Positions 6,979-14,818 of a stretch of 20,000 nt of DNA are shown here, in pieces. Below the pieces are notes generated by a model. The model saw only the letters and a program-made list of their open reading frames with translations, did no database searches and was not told the DNA's origin. Made by a program: the position numbers and the translations under genes. The DNA is from an uncultured virus (IMG/VR IMGVR_UViG_3300005512_000014) (Duplodnaviria; Heunggongvirae; Uroviricota; Caudoviricetes): IMG/VR virus record IMGVR_UViG_3300005512_000014. One strand, given 5' to 3'. Position 1 is the stretch's first letter. Every line of letters begins with the position of its first letter.

Positions 6979-7460
6979 CGGTAGAGGCCAGCCTTCTTAC
7001 GCTGTGCGTGTTCTACGTAGGAGTTGTAGGGACAGAAGTCGCAGATGAAGTTCCACTGATCTTTAGGAATACCAGTAGTACGGCCAATGGCCCGGTGGTC
7101 TGCCCGGTAGTCGGAGCACCCAGCCCCGTATCCAATGCCATATGTGGGGCGGTTATGGATTTCATAGCATCCCAAAGCATCGGTCTTGTAGTTCTCGCGC
7201 TCCTCTTTCAAGAAGTTCTCAAGACGCCCGTCGTGAACAGCCTGCTCCAAACGAGACTTGTCGATGAGGTCAAGTTCATCATCGGAGATACCAAACAGGT
7301 TGGCCTTATGGCGCTCCATAGGCCCCCCAAACTTGCGTAGGTGCAAGTCAATAGCATCACGCAGGTGATGATCGTGCTTCGCCTCGGGGTCATTCTCGGA
7401 GGCGTAGTCAGGAAGGATGTCGACGGTCTTGCAGGTATTGCAGACAAGAAGGCGTGCCAT
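6975..7460 (-). CDS. Cys-rich metal-binding hypothetical protein
   Basis: CNTC near the N-terminus; C...C...CDFC near the C-terminus; AAGGAG RBS. Confidence 0.75.
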   Translation of the reverse strand: MARLLVCNTCKTVDILPDYASENDPEAKHDHHLRDAIDLHLRKFGGPMERHKANLFGISDDELDLIDKSRLEQAVHDGRLENFLKEERENYKTDALGCYEIHNRPTYGIGYGAGCSDYRADHRAIGRTTGIPKDQWNFICDFCPYNSYVEHAQRKKAGLYR

Positions 7461-7475
7461 GTAGTGCTCCTTAGG

Positions 7476-7506
7476 TGAACTCGCTTTGCGAGTTCATTCT
7501 ACACAG
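7476..7506 (-). promoter_or_regulatory. promoter (-10 TAGAAT) with adjacent 9-bp inverted repeat
   Basis: Minus strand TGTGTAGAATGAACTCGC-AAA-GCGAGTTCA followed by AAGGAG RBS and ATG 7460. Confidence 0.5.
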
Positions 7507-7512
7507 GTAAAT

Positions 7513-7734
7513 TCAGCGACCTGTGTATGCGACACGGCTGGCGTGATAGCCCTGCATAGGGTTAGGGCCTGCTACCGTGTCATACAAGTCACGACTGAGC
7601 GCGCTACGAACAGCGCCTGCATCCATGTCGTCGTTGGGAAAGCCACCACGATCTGGGCTGGCTTTCTTCACCATGCCGTCGGTGATGCCTTCCTGAAGGT
7701 CGGCGTTCATGCTGCGAGTTTCGTTTACTGCCAT
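7513..7734 (-). CDS. hypothetical protein (putative virion-associated)
   Basis: ATG 6 nt after TAGGAT -10-like hexamer; Cys-free. Confidence 0.7.
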   Translation of the reverse strand: MAVNETRSMNADLQEGITDGMVKKASPDRGGFPNDDMDAGAVRSALSRDLYDTVAGPNPMQGYHASRVAYTGR

Positions 7735-7757
7735 AATGATATCCTATCACTAATAGT

Positions 7758-8894
7758 TCATGCATCAGGGTCAAATAAGCCCATCTGATTAGGGTCTTTT
7801 ACGGCACGTCGTTCACCACGAGTTGCATTACGCCCCAGACGAGCACCAAGACGAGGGTTAGTGGGGGGAGGCGTTCCACCAGTGCGCTGACGCAAAGCCT
7901 CAAGAGACTCTTCGGAGGGGCGATCCTGCGGGTTGCGAGTGGGGATGCCACCGACGACGCGAGCAGGACCTTCGTCTCCCTGTCCTGCGACGTATGTGCC
8001 ACTAGCAGGGCCAGCCTCAAGCGCCCTCGTGGGGGCGACGGGAATGGGACCACCCTCATACACGTTCGATGTAGGACGACGCCTCCGTGCCCCAGCACCT
8101 GTTACGTTCATAGTACCGGGAATGCGAGACACATTTACTGGCGTTACACCCTGACTAGTATCCATACGACCTGTGGCTCTGGGTAGTTCTCCAATAGCGC
8201 GCTGTGAGGGGACACCCACAGCAAGGTTCATATCATCAACGTCAGCACCAGACCATCCAAGACGTGGATCGTAACTACCCGGACTAAGCACTGCACGCCC
8301 TCCGATAGTCATATAACGACTGGCTTCAGCAGGGGACATCTTACGCACGGTGCCCTCATCTAGTTCTCTATCAAGTTCTTGCCATGCGGGTGGCTGTGCG
8401 CTTTGTTCCTTTTTAACTGCCTTGATAGCCTTGCGCTGCGCTCGTTTTTTAGCCTTTCGCTGTGCGAAATCTGATTCTCCATACTTCTTGATACCTGCAC
8501 CGATAGCAGCGCCTACACCCGCTGATACTGCTTTAGTAGAACTCCATTGGGGGTCGAATGGGTCGATACGTTGAGAACCGAAGTTACCTGCTGCACCCGT
8601 TACGTATGCTTCGGGCTTCGCGGGGCCGGTTGCTTGACCACGTTCGATATCACGGGTTACCGGAGTGGGGCCGGTACTCGGCACTGAGACGTAACCGCCC
8701 CCGACTCCTCCGCTACCACCACGAGCAGCCCACGTATTCGTGCCAGAAGGAGCGGACAAGAACGAAGACCCTACCTGCTGCCGGTTGTAACGAGCAGAAG
8801 CGGTCAGACCACCAACACCGATACCACCGGACTCATATGGGTTCTGATACGCCCGTGTAGATTGCCGAAGGTTGAAATACTCTTCTGCTGACAT
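7758..8894 (-). CDS. Gly/Arg/Pro-rich disordered protein (putative internal virion protein)
   Basis: 378-aa ORF, TAATG-coupled to upstream gene, low complexity, C-terminal QMGLF. Confidence 0.75.
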   Translation of the reverse strand: MSAEEYFNLRQSTRAYQNPYESGGIGVGGLTASARYNRQQVGSSFLSAPSGTNTWAARGGSGGVGGGYVSVPSTGPTPVTRDIERGQATGPAKPEAYVTGAAGNFGSQRIDPFDPQWSSTKAVSAGVGAAIGAGIKKYGESDFAQRKAKKRAQRKAIKAVKKEQSAQPPAWQELDRELDEGTVRKMSPAEASRYMTIGGRAVLSPGSYDPRLGWSGADVDDMNLAVGVPSQRAIGELPRATGRMDTSQGVTPVNVSRIPGTMNVTGAGARRRRPTSNVYEGGPIPVAPTRALEAGPASGTYVAGQGDEGPARVVGGIPTRNPQDRPSEESLEALRQRTGGTPPPTNPRLGARLGRNATRGERRAVKDPNQMGLFDPDA

Positions 8895-9208
8895 TACATA
8901 CCACCGGCTTTCAGGACATCAGGAGGGGGGCTGATATCCATAGAGGCGTACGCTGTGCGAGTCGTGGCTCGGCTAGCGGGGCGCAAGTTACGTAGACCAA
9001 AAGGGTCTTCTGCCATCTCACGGCGACGCAGTACGTTGTCATATGCCCCACCCGACTCATATGTCGGACGAGAGAACTGACGCCCCTGAGAGCCTGCGAT
9101 ACCGGCCTCATATCCACCGTCTTTCATCTGACGAGTGAACTCTCGGTCAGGGTCTACGGGGGCGTTCTGTACGGACTGGGTGTATGACTGCCGTTCGTTC
9201 ATTACCAA
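8894..9208 (-). CDS. hypothetical disordered protein
   Basis: Tightly coupled to neighbours on the coding strand. Confidence 0.7.
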   Translation of the reverse strand: MVMNERQSYTQSVQNAPVDPDREFTRQMKDGGYEAGIAGSQGRQFSRPTYESGGAYDNVLRRREMAEDPFGLRNLRPASRATTRTAYASMDISPPPDVLKAGGM

Positions 9209-9501
9209 GTCCCTTCACTCATAGCATTACGTGCGGTACCAGACCACGCTTGATCAGACATTACACTAGGCATGACGGGCATACCGCTCATCCATGACCT
9301 GTAAGTGGGGTTATATCGGTCGATATTCATGACCTCATGAATATCCCATTCACTCTTGGCAAACCCACGTCGCTCTGGAAAGGCATTTTGGACAGACGCA
9401 ACGGGGCGCATCTCGCGCAACTCTTCAGGAGTAGCAGCGAGGGCGCTCTCTAGTGCAGCATCGACTAGATACTCACTACGAGACTGCCACGGACGAGCCA
9501 T
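9202..9501 (-). CDS. hypothetical protein
   Basis: ATG 4 nt after the upstream stop; overlaps or abuts the next gene. Confidence 0.7.
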   Translation of the reverse strand: MARPWQSRSEYLVDAALESALAATPEELREMRPVASVQNAFPERRGFAKSEWDIHEVMNIDRYNPTYRSWMSGMPVMPSVMSDQAWSGTARNAMSEGTW

Positions 9502-9505
9502 GAGT

Positions 9506-9859
9506 TCAGATTTCTTCCCAACCGGAATCGGCCATGTCCTTCTTATTGAAGACCTTTTTTAGCATAGGTGTAGGGTCCAGCAGCCCGCTCTCATCAGGAG
9601 TAGACATCTGCTTGTCTTCTTCGGATGTACGTGCACCAGTCATACTCGTAGCCGCTCTGGCGATTGCCTGTCCAAGGTTGCGCCCACGCACAGAGGGCAT
9701 GGCACGACGGCTCACAGGGTCGTCCTGATACACCTTCTTAGTAGCAAGTTTAGGACGCGGAATACCTTGGGGGTTTGCCTGATCTGGTTCAGTATTACCT
9801 GACTTAGTAGCAGGGCGCTTCATGCCTTTCGGGTCTGCGGGGTCTGGTTCGTTATACAT
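9506..9859 (-). CDS. hypothetical disordered protein with N-terminal internal duplication
   Basis: GGAGG RBS; EPDPADPKGMKRPATK / EPDQANPQGIPRPKLATK repeat. Confidence 0.72.
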   Translation of the reverse strand: MYNEPDPADPKGMKRPATKSGNTEPDQANPQGIPRPKLATKKVYQDDPVSRRAMPSVRGRNLGQAIARAATSMTGARTSEEDKQMSTPDESGLLDPTPMLKKVFNKKDMADSGWEEI

Positions 9860-9862
9860 CTA

Positions 9863-10354
9863 TTACCTCCAGCCGGGGGCTAGTCGCTTCAGCATTGAGC
9901 GCCTCTGCATGTCGATCTGTTCTTGTTGAGGGCGGTCAAGTCCTCTTGGAATACCACGGGGGCCTGCTTTACCGTCATTAGTAAGTCTAATAGGCTCAGC
10001 ACCGGGAGGTGCGAATTTGAGACCTTGTGCCTGCATCTCAAGTCCTGTTGTCAGGTTGAACTCTTCAGGCCACAAGTAATCACCGGGGTTTACGCGCTCA
10101 CCTTTGTGTACACCGCGACTATACGACCTATGGTTCTGCCTCTTAACGGCATTGAGCAACTTATCTTGACGACGGTTGCTGGACTGTACCCCAAGATAAC
10201 CGTCTGGATATTGAGTATCAGGGGTCGCTCCAAACGCAGCAAGACGACGGTCCTTTTCGTCCCTGAACATGGGTGAAGGACCCAGCACCGGCTGGGATTC
10301 ACCGCCTTGGGGGTCATAGCCCCCAGCCCAGTTAGCAAAGGTTTGCTGGTTCAT
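9863..10354 (-). CDS. hypothetical phage protein
   Basis: 163-aa ORF in the operon; motif-like segments YPDGYLG and RGVHKGERV.P.DYLWP. Confidence 0.78.
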   Translation of the reverse strand: MNQQTFANWAGGYDPQGGESQPVLGPSPMFRDEKDRRLAAFGATPDTQYPDGYLGVQSSNRRQDKLLNAVKRQNHRSYSRGVHKGERVNPGDYLWPEEFNLTTGLEMQAQGLKFAPPGAEPIRLTNDGKAGPRGIPRGLDRPQQEQIDMQRRSMLKRLAPGWR

Positions 10355-10524
10355 CGTCCGCTCGCGTTACTCGTAGCAGTAGTGAAAGCCATAAGAGCAC
10401 CACCCCTACCATTACCTACGGTAGATATGGGGCGAGGCTCACCACGTGCTTCTGCTGCTTTGCGAGCCTCCCGCTCGCGCTCCCCAACAAGACGATTTGG
10501 CTGGCGATGTACTATCAATCCCAC
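10351..10524 (-). CDS. 57-aa hypothetical protein MGLIVHRQPNRLVGERE...SGR (not in ORF track)
   Basis: AAGGAG RBS before GTG; stop overlaps the next ATG (ATGA); fills the gap in the operon. Confidence 0.65.
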   Translation of the reverse strand: MGLIVHRQPNRLVGEREREARKAAEARGEPRPISTVGNGRGGALMAFTTATSNASGR

Positions 10525-10652
10525 CACTCCTTCTTGCTGTTGAACTTCTCAAAGTCTTCGGAATCGTATAAGTCCTTGTACTTTGACGGAATCTTTTCGA
10601 TGAGTTCGTCTTCTTCCAGACGATCATCTTCTGCTTTTTGATCGCTATACAT
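10515..10652 (-). CDS. 45-aa acidic hypothetical protein MYSDQKAEDDRLEEDE...EWWD (not in ORF track)
   Basis: Open frame between the 333-aa gene stop and the 57-aa gene, overlapping its start. Confidence 0.55.
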   Translation of the reverse strand: MYSDQKAEDDRLEEDELIEKIPSKYKDLYDSEDFEKFNSKKEWWD

Positions 10653-10666
10653 GTTGTCTAGGTAAG

Positions 10667-11668
10667 TCAGCCCTTACCCTTTTTCTTCTTCTGATTTGCC
10701 TCATAGGCAGCATCTAAACGACGACGCCTCTCGTCCTGCTCGGTAGCACGTGCGCGATCTTCCGCTCCCTCTGCCCTAGCCCTACCCAGACGTTCCTTCT
10801 GAGCAGTCTCTCTACTGGACTCTGGCCTTGAAGAGGTCATAGGGCCAGCAATTTCGCGCATCAACTCATCGGGCATAACGACTCCCCCAGCACCTCCAGC
10901 ACGCTGGATGGCGCGCATACGTTCGGGCGTCATACGCTCACGGATGTTGTAGGACTCTACTTCACCGCTCTCGGAACCTGTAGAACCGCCATCCTGAGTG
11001 ACGCGGACACGCTGACCGCTCGTTGCGCCGACATCACCTGCACGACGGTTACGGCGACGGGTGCCCTTCTTACCACCAGCCTTCTTAAGGGCTTCCTTGT
11101 AGCCCTCAGAGCCAGTCTTGTCGGTCACCTTCTGCTGACCGCCACCCCGCTCACCGGGGCGTGAAGTAACCAGTCCTCCAACTGCTGCGCGAATGGCCTC
11201 GTCAGCCTGATGAAGAATGCCTCGTTCGCCTGCGATATGCGTACCTCTGGCTACGCCTTCAGCAAGTCCTTTGATGGGCTTTTGACCAACACCCAAGTAA
11301 CTCATGGTACCCATACGCGAGGCAACTCGTGGGGGCACGTCTGGGAACCGTGTCTGCATCTCTGCGACGTGGCTAGACAAGACTTCAGAAGCGCGACGAC
11401 CCATGCTAGGGGTCTCAAAAGCGCCTGAACGACCCGGTACAGTACCCTGCGAACGGTTAACGGGGGCAACCTGAGCAGCCTGATACTCTTCAGGAGTGCG
11501 ATATCGGGGCCTACGCTGCCCCATAGTGCCAGTATCGGGCATGTCTACTGCTCGGGCCTCGCGGTCTGCCTGACGCTGGGCTGCACTGGAAAGATCGGCC
11601 TGCATAGCCGTGTCACTCGTGTAACCTCTAACCGCTGCTTCTCGGCTGCGACGTGGTTCATCTGCCAT
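10667..11668 (-). CDS. Arg/Gly/Ala-rich basic disordered protein (putative internal virion/DNA-condensing protein)
   Basis: AGGAG RBS; 333 aa, no Cys or Trp, basic patches RRRNRR, RRRR and KKKKGKG. Confidence 0.75.
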   Translation of the reverse strand: MADEPRRSREAAVRGYTSDTAMQADLSSAAQRQADREARAVDMPDTGTMGQRRPRYRTPEEYQAAQVAPVNRSQGTVPGRSGAFETPSMGRRASEVLSSHVAEMQTRFPDVPPRVASRMGTMSYLGVGQKPIKGLAEGVARGTHIAGERGILHQADEAIRAAVGGLVTSRPGERGGGQQKVTDKTGSEGYKEALKKAGGKKGTRRRNRRAGDVGATSGQRVRVTQDGGSTGSESGEVESYNIRERMTPERMRAIQRAGGAGGVVMPDELMREIAGPMTSSRPESSRETAQKERLGRARAEGAEDRARATEQDERRRRLDAAYEANQKKKKGKG

Positions 11669-11713
11669 GGTGTCTACTCCTATCTAGGCGTTAGGACTAG
11701 AATAGCATAGGTG

Positions 11714-11989
11714 TTATCGTGCTACGGGCTTCCATGTCATTGAAGAAATGGTTTCTCCAGTCTCACCTTCGATGTCATCAAACCCCACTACAAATACCAA
11801 ATCGATACCTCGGGGGGCGACAAAACCGCGTGCAATAGCACAAGCCTTACTTGCTTGATTCACTGCGGAAGCGCCAATTGCGCGCATCTTAGGAGACTGT
11901 CCAGCCACAACTGCTCTTGCGAGAATTGACCCCACGGACGATGGGTTACTGGAACCGGACACCTTAATAACGTCGTCTTGCTCAGCCAT
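11714..11989 (-). CDS. spoVS: stage V sporulation protein S family (start ATG 11989)
   Basis: IKVS..SNP.SV...LA, RAIGASAVNQA.KA.AIARGFVAP.GIDL...F signature; GAAAGG RBS. Confidence 0.92.
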   Translation of the reverse strand: MAEQDDVIKVSGSSNPSSVGSILARAVVAGQSPKMRAIGASAVNQASKACAIARGFVAPRGIDLVFVVGFDDIEGETGETISSMTWKPVAR

Positions 11990-12026
11990 ATCAATACCTT
12001 TCGTCTTATACAACCGACATAAGATA

Positions 12027-12395
12027 TTATACGTAACCAGCGTCCCTTAGGAGTGTAACTACGTCCTCTAAGCGCATTACTGCGTAAGTTTCTCCGACAG
12101 TCTTTTCACCGACTCCGGGGCGTTTTACTACCAGCACTGGGAGAGCGTCCCCCCCGACTTCCTCCTGCTGTGCCTGCGCAACCGCATCATTGAGCCAACC
12201 TGAGAGGTTGAATTTCTTTTGGTTCTTACACTGTAGTATTGCTTGACGAGTTCTACCAACAATACCGTTGATGTCGCCAGTATCATAACCGCCCTTAGTA
12301 GCAGGACGGTAGCACTTATGAAAGCCTCTACCACGGAGGTACTTGACAATAAGCGTCTCAAAAGATGTCCCCTTAGCCTTGTTCTTGTTACTCAT
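12027..12395 (-). CDS. Holliday junction resolvase-like PD-(D/E)XK nuclease
   Basis: K.KGT.FE, D.GDI, QCKN...L..W...A..Q, LVVKR motifs. Confidence 0.85.
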   Translation of the reverse strand: MSNKNKAKGTSFETLIVKYLRGRGFHKCYRPATKGGYDTGDINGIVGRTRQAILQCKNQKKFNLSGWLNDAVAQAQQEEVGGDALPVLVVKRPGVGEKTVGETYAVMRLEDVVTLLRDAGYV

Positions 12396-12433
12396 ATACC
12401 TGCCATTCTACTCCATAGTAACGACTAGGGGCG

Positions 12434-12601
12434 CTACCGATTGCCACGAGGCTCGCTACCAATAGGGTAGTGGCTCTTCAGAGGTGATTGAGGTAGCAAC
12501 AGGCCACACGTCGGACACTCGTAGTAGAAGAATGACACACGATTCTCCCCTTCGTTTCGGTGTTTAACTCCGACAGAGCCAGAGCCGGGACACGGCCTCA
12601 T
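12434..12601 (-). CDS. small Zn-finger-like protein (start ATG 12601)
   Basis: CPGSG...CPTC...H; ATGA overlap with upstream stop. Confidence 0.6.
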   Translation of the reverse strand: MRPCPGSGSVGVKHRNEGENRVSFFYYECPTCGLLLPQSPLKSHYPIGSEPRGNR

Positions 12602-12816
12602 CTCTGCATCATCAGGTACGATATCCATATATACCCCTCCATCATGGTAATGAGGTCGTGCAACTGGTCTCCATCCAGTTCTTTCCACGAACCACCGTCA
12701 TCCTTATCAACTCGTGGCAGCATCAGAGCCAGTTCGTGGCGCTCCTCGGTAGTAAGACCTAGTTCCTCCTTGAGAACCATGGCCTTTCGATACCGGTTTT
12801 CACGACTATCTCTCAC
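12598..12816 (-). CDS. small helical protein, Mu GemA/DUF1018-like (start GTG 12816)
   Basis: ELGLTTEERHEL....SWKELDGDQLHDLI pattern; GTGA overlap with upstream stop. Confidence 0.5.
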   Translation of the reverse strand: MRDSRENRYRKAMVLKEELGLTTEERHELALMLPRVDKDDGGSWKELDGDQLHDLITMMEGYIWISYLMMQR

Positions 12817-13046
12817 ACTTGCCTCCAGCGAGAAGGTGCGTGGTTGTTTTCTACGGAGAACTTGTGGGAGTCGTTGTCGTAGCGACGGAACACCCACTGA
12901 CATGGGTCGTGACCGTCTTCCCATTCTGCCTCTTCTTCTTCTGAGGTGGGGACTCCGTCGTGCGTGGCGCAGACGAGGGGGCCAATCCAGCCCCGCTGCT
13001 GTCCGTACTTCACCCAGTCGTCATAGTCGACGTGATATGTCATCAT
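12813..13046 (-). CDS. hypothetical phage protein with Cys/His motif
   Basis: W...G...GW....CATHDG.P....E......DPC pattern; ATGA-coupled. Confidence 0.72.
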   Translation of the reverse strand: MMTYHVDYDDWVKYGQQRGWIGPLVCATHDGVPTSEEEEAEWEDGHDPCQWVFRRYDNDSHKFSVENNHAPSRWRQV

Positions 13047-13927
13047 TTTCTACTCCAGCATGTTGATTTGTAACTACAGAACTTACACACGTTGCAACTC
13101 TTGTGTGTCGCTGCAACAGGTCTCGGAGGAACTACGTCGGCCTCCATACAAGCCAGCACCTCGTCAATACCATCCAAGATAGGTTCGATGAGGCGCTCGT
13201 CGTACTTGAGGTGAAACTCCTTGACATCCTGAGAAGGTTTCCACTCGTAGATAACGACGGCGTCTTCGATACCTAGACACATCATGTACAGGTTGACCTG
13301 CCGACGGTGAGTAGTAAGGGGTCGCTTAATCTTCTTCCAGAGATCGTCAAGTGATAGATCACCGTTCTCGTAGCCCTCGTACAGTTTAGGAGCATCCCAC
13401 CGGATGGTACCAAGACCAACAGACTTGATCTCTACGACTGCCTGACCACGGGAGTCTTCCCATACACCGTCAGCATGACCGATGATGTGATAGCGGTCGC
13501 TATGCAGCGGTACCTCTCTGTACGACACGTCGTCGGATGAACAGATCGGACACATGCTAGGTGAACGGTCTTCCCATTTGTAGTCACAGGTATTGCACAG
13601 CCAGTTACCGCACAGGCCACCTGCCTTCCACATCCAACGCTGCCACTTGTCGTGGATGTTGTGGCCTTCAGCAAAGATATTCATGCGCTTAAGGTTCATG
13701 GACTGAGGGTCGCTCTCTTCGTGATCCATGATTTTGTACCACGTTGAGCGGGGGCACCAGTTGTCCTTAGCCATTTCACTGGAATGAAAGTGCTTGGTAT
13801 CCCTATGGGAGTTACGCTCAGCCTGTTCGATAGCGAGTGCTGCTTCGATCTTCGGAAGAACTCGGTCAACGCTTTTAGCAGTAAACTGCTCTTTGTAGTT
13901 CTTCATGTACCACGGTTGATCAGCCAT
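13043..13927 (-). CDS. Cas4-like / RecB-family PD-(D/E)XK exonuclease with Fe-S ligands
   Basis: H.S....WCPR, G..IH, GHADG, VEIKS, Q..LYM and C-terminal CKFC.YK..C; internal CNTC...CPIC insert. Confidence 0.88.
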   Translation of the reverse strand: MADQPWYMKNYKEQFTAKSVDRVLPKIEAALAIEQAERNSHRDTKHFHSSEMAKDNWCPRSTWYKIMDHEESDPQSMNLKRMNIFAEGHNIHDKWQRWMWKAGGLCGNWLCNTCDYKWEDRSPSMCPICSSDDVSYREVPLHSDRYHIIGHADGVWEDSRGQAVVEIKSVGLGTIRWDAPKLYEGYENGDLSLDDLWKKIKRPLTTHRRQVNLYMMCLGIEDAVVIYEWKPSQDVKEFHLKYDERLIEPILDGIDEVLACMEADVVPPRPVAATHKSCNVCKFCSYKSTCWSRK

Positions 13928-14237
13928 CTGCCCTTGCTTTCTTTATTTCAAAGAACCCCTGTAAGTCAGGGTTTTGACGCATAATGTCGCGTGCGTAGTA
14001 CGGTTTGTAGTCGTTGCTCAACTTAAAAGGGCTACTGGAATCGCTGGTGCTGATAGCGGATTGATAGCGGAGTGTCTCAAACAGAGCAGCAATACCGTAC
14101 TTCTCATGACCGTGGTCTTTCAGTAAGCGAGCCATGTCTACGAGACTGGCGTACACGTGGGGGTTAGCCTCGTGAAATGCTTGGTACCTCTCACGAACAG
14201 GGTCACGTTTACTAGTCCTGATTATCTTCCGCATCAA
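13920..14237 (-). CDS. conserved hypothetical phage protein
   Basis: FH..NPHVY...FE.LRY...FKLSNDY.PYYAR..M..NP.L.GFFE pattern, recognised from phage hypothetical proteins. Confidence 0.75.
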   Translation of the reverse strand: MMRKIIRTSKRDPVRERYQAFHEANPHVYASLVDMARLLKDHGHEKYGIAALFETLRYQSAISTSDSSSPFKLSNDYKPYYARDIMRQNPDLQGFFEIKKARADG

Positions 14238-14541
14238 TTATCTCCAAGAAGTCATCCTCTGGTAGTACGACGTACCTATGACCTGCCAAGTCGATCTGTA
14301 GCAGAGGGATACGACCTTCTAGCCGTGCCCTCTTAGTCAAGTCACGCATGTCGACGGCCTTGACGCTGTACGACTTAGCGTTGGGGTCCATCTTCAGTTT
14401 GTTTTCGATCATAAAGTCCTCGGTGCGAACGTCTGCTTTACGCATCCACCCAGCACCCGACATGACGTTACGACTGCCCTTGTATGACTCGGCAGTTCTC
14501 TTCTCTTGTCGGTCGGACTTCTTCTGAGACTCACTCTTCAT
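14212..14541 (-). CDS. second Holliday junction resolvase-like PD-(D/E)XK nuclease
   Basis: S..QE.R.A, SGAG...K.DV, IENK motifs. Confidence 0.78.
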   Translation of the reverse strand: MKSESQKKSDRQEKRTAESYKGSRNVMSGAGWMRKADVRTEDFMIENKLKMDPNAKSYSVKAVDMRDLTKRARLEGRIPLLQIDLAGHRYVVLPEDDFLEIIDAEDNQD

Positions 14542-14818
14542 CGCTGAGCAGTTCGTTGGACAGTTCCTCCAACATCTCAGTATGGTCTGCCATCAACTCT
14601 TTCTGTTCATCCAGAGTGTTCAGAACGGCAGTAAGAATAGTCTTGACAGTCGACAGTTCGTGCATGAAACGCTCCGTCGCCTTCAGGAGAGGAAGGTTAT
14701 GGCGATGTGCTTCTTCTTCCTTTTCGATGTTCCTGTCATAGGGGCGCTTGTTATCCGGTGTATCGCCCCATAGGCTCTGTTGGATGTACTGCTGGTAAGG
14801 GTTGTCACTCTTCGACAT
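14531..14818 (-). CDS. hypothetical protein with C-terminal coiled coil (start ATG 14818)
   Basis: GAGGAAG RBS within the recA 3' end; heptad-like C-terminus. Confidence 0.6.
   Translation of the reverse strand: MSKSDNPYQQYIQQSLWGDTPDNKRPYDRNIEKEEEAHRHNLPLLKATERFMHELSTVKTILTAVLNTLDEQKELMADHTEMLEELSNELLSDEE

Noticed and set aside
12434..13046. Programmed frameshift among three overlapping ORFs
   Set aside because: Overlaps vanish when starts are set at GTG 12816 and ATG 12601, giving ordinary 4-nt stop/start coupling
13043..13927. CRISPR-Cas locus suggested by the Cas4-like gene
   Set aside because: No repeat-spacer array or other cas genes seen; context is recombination/replication
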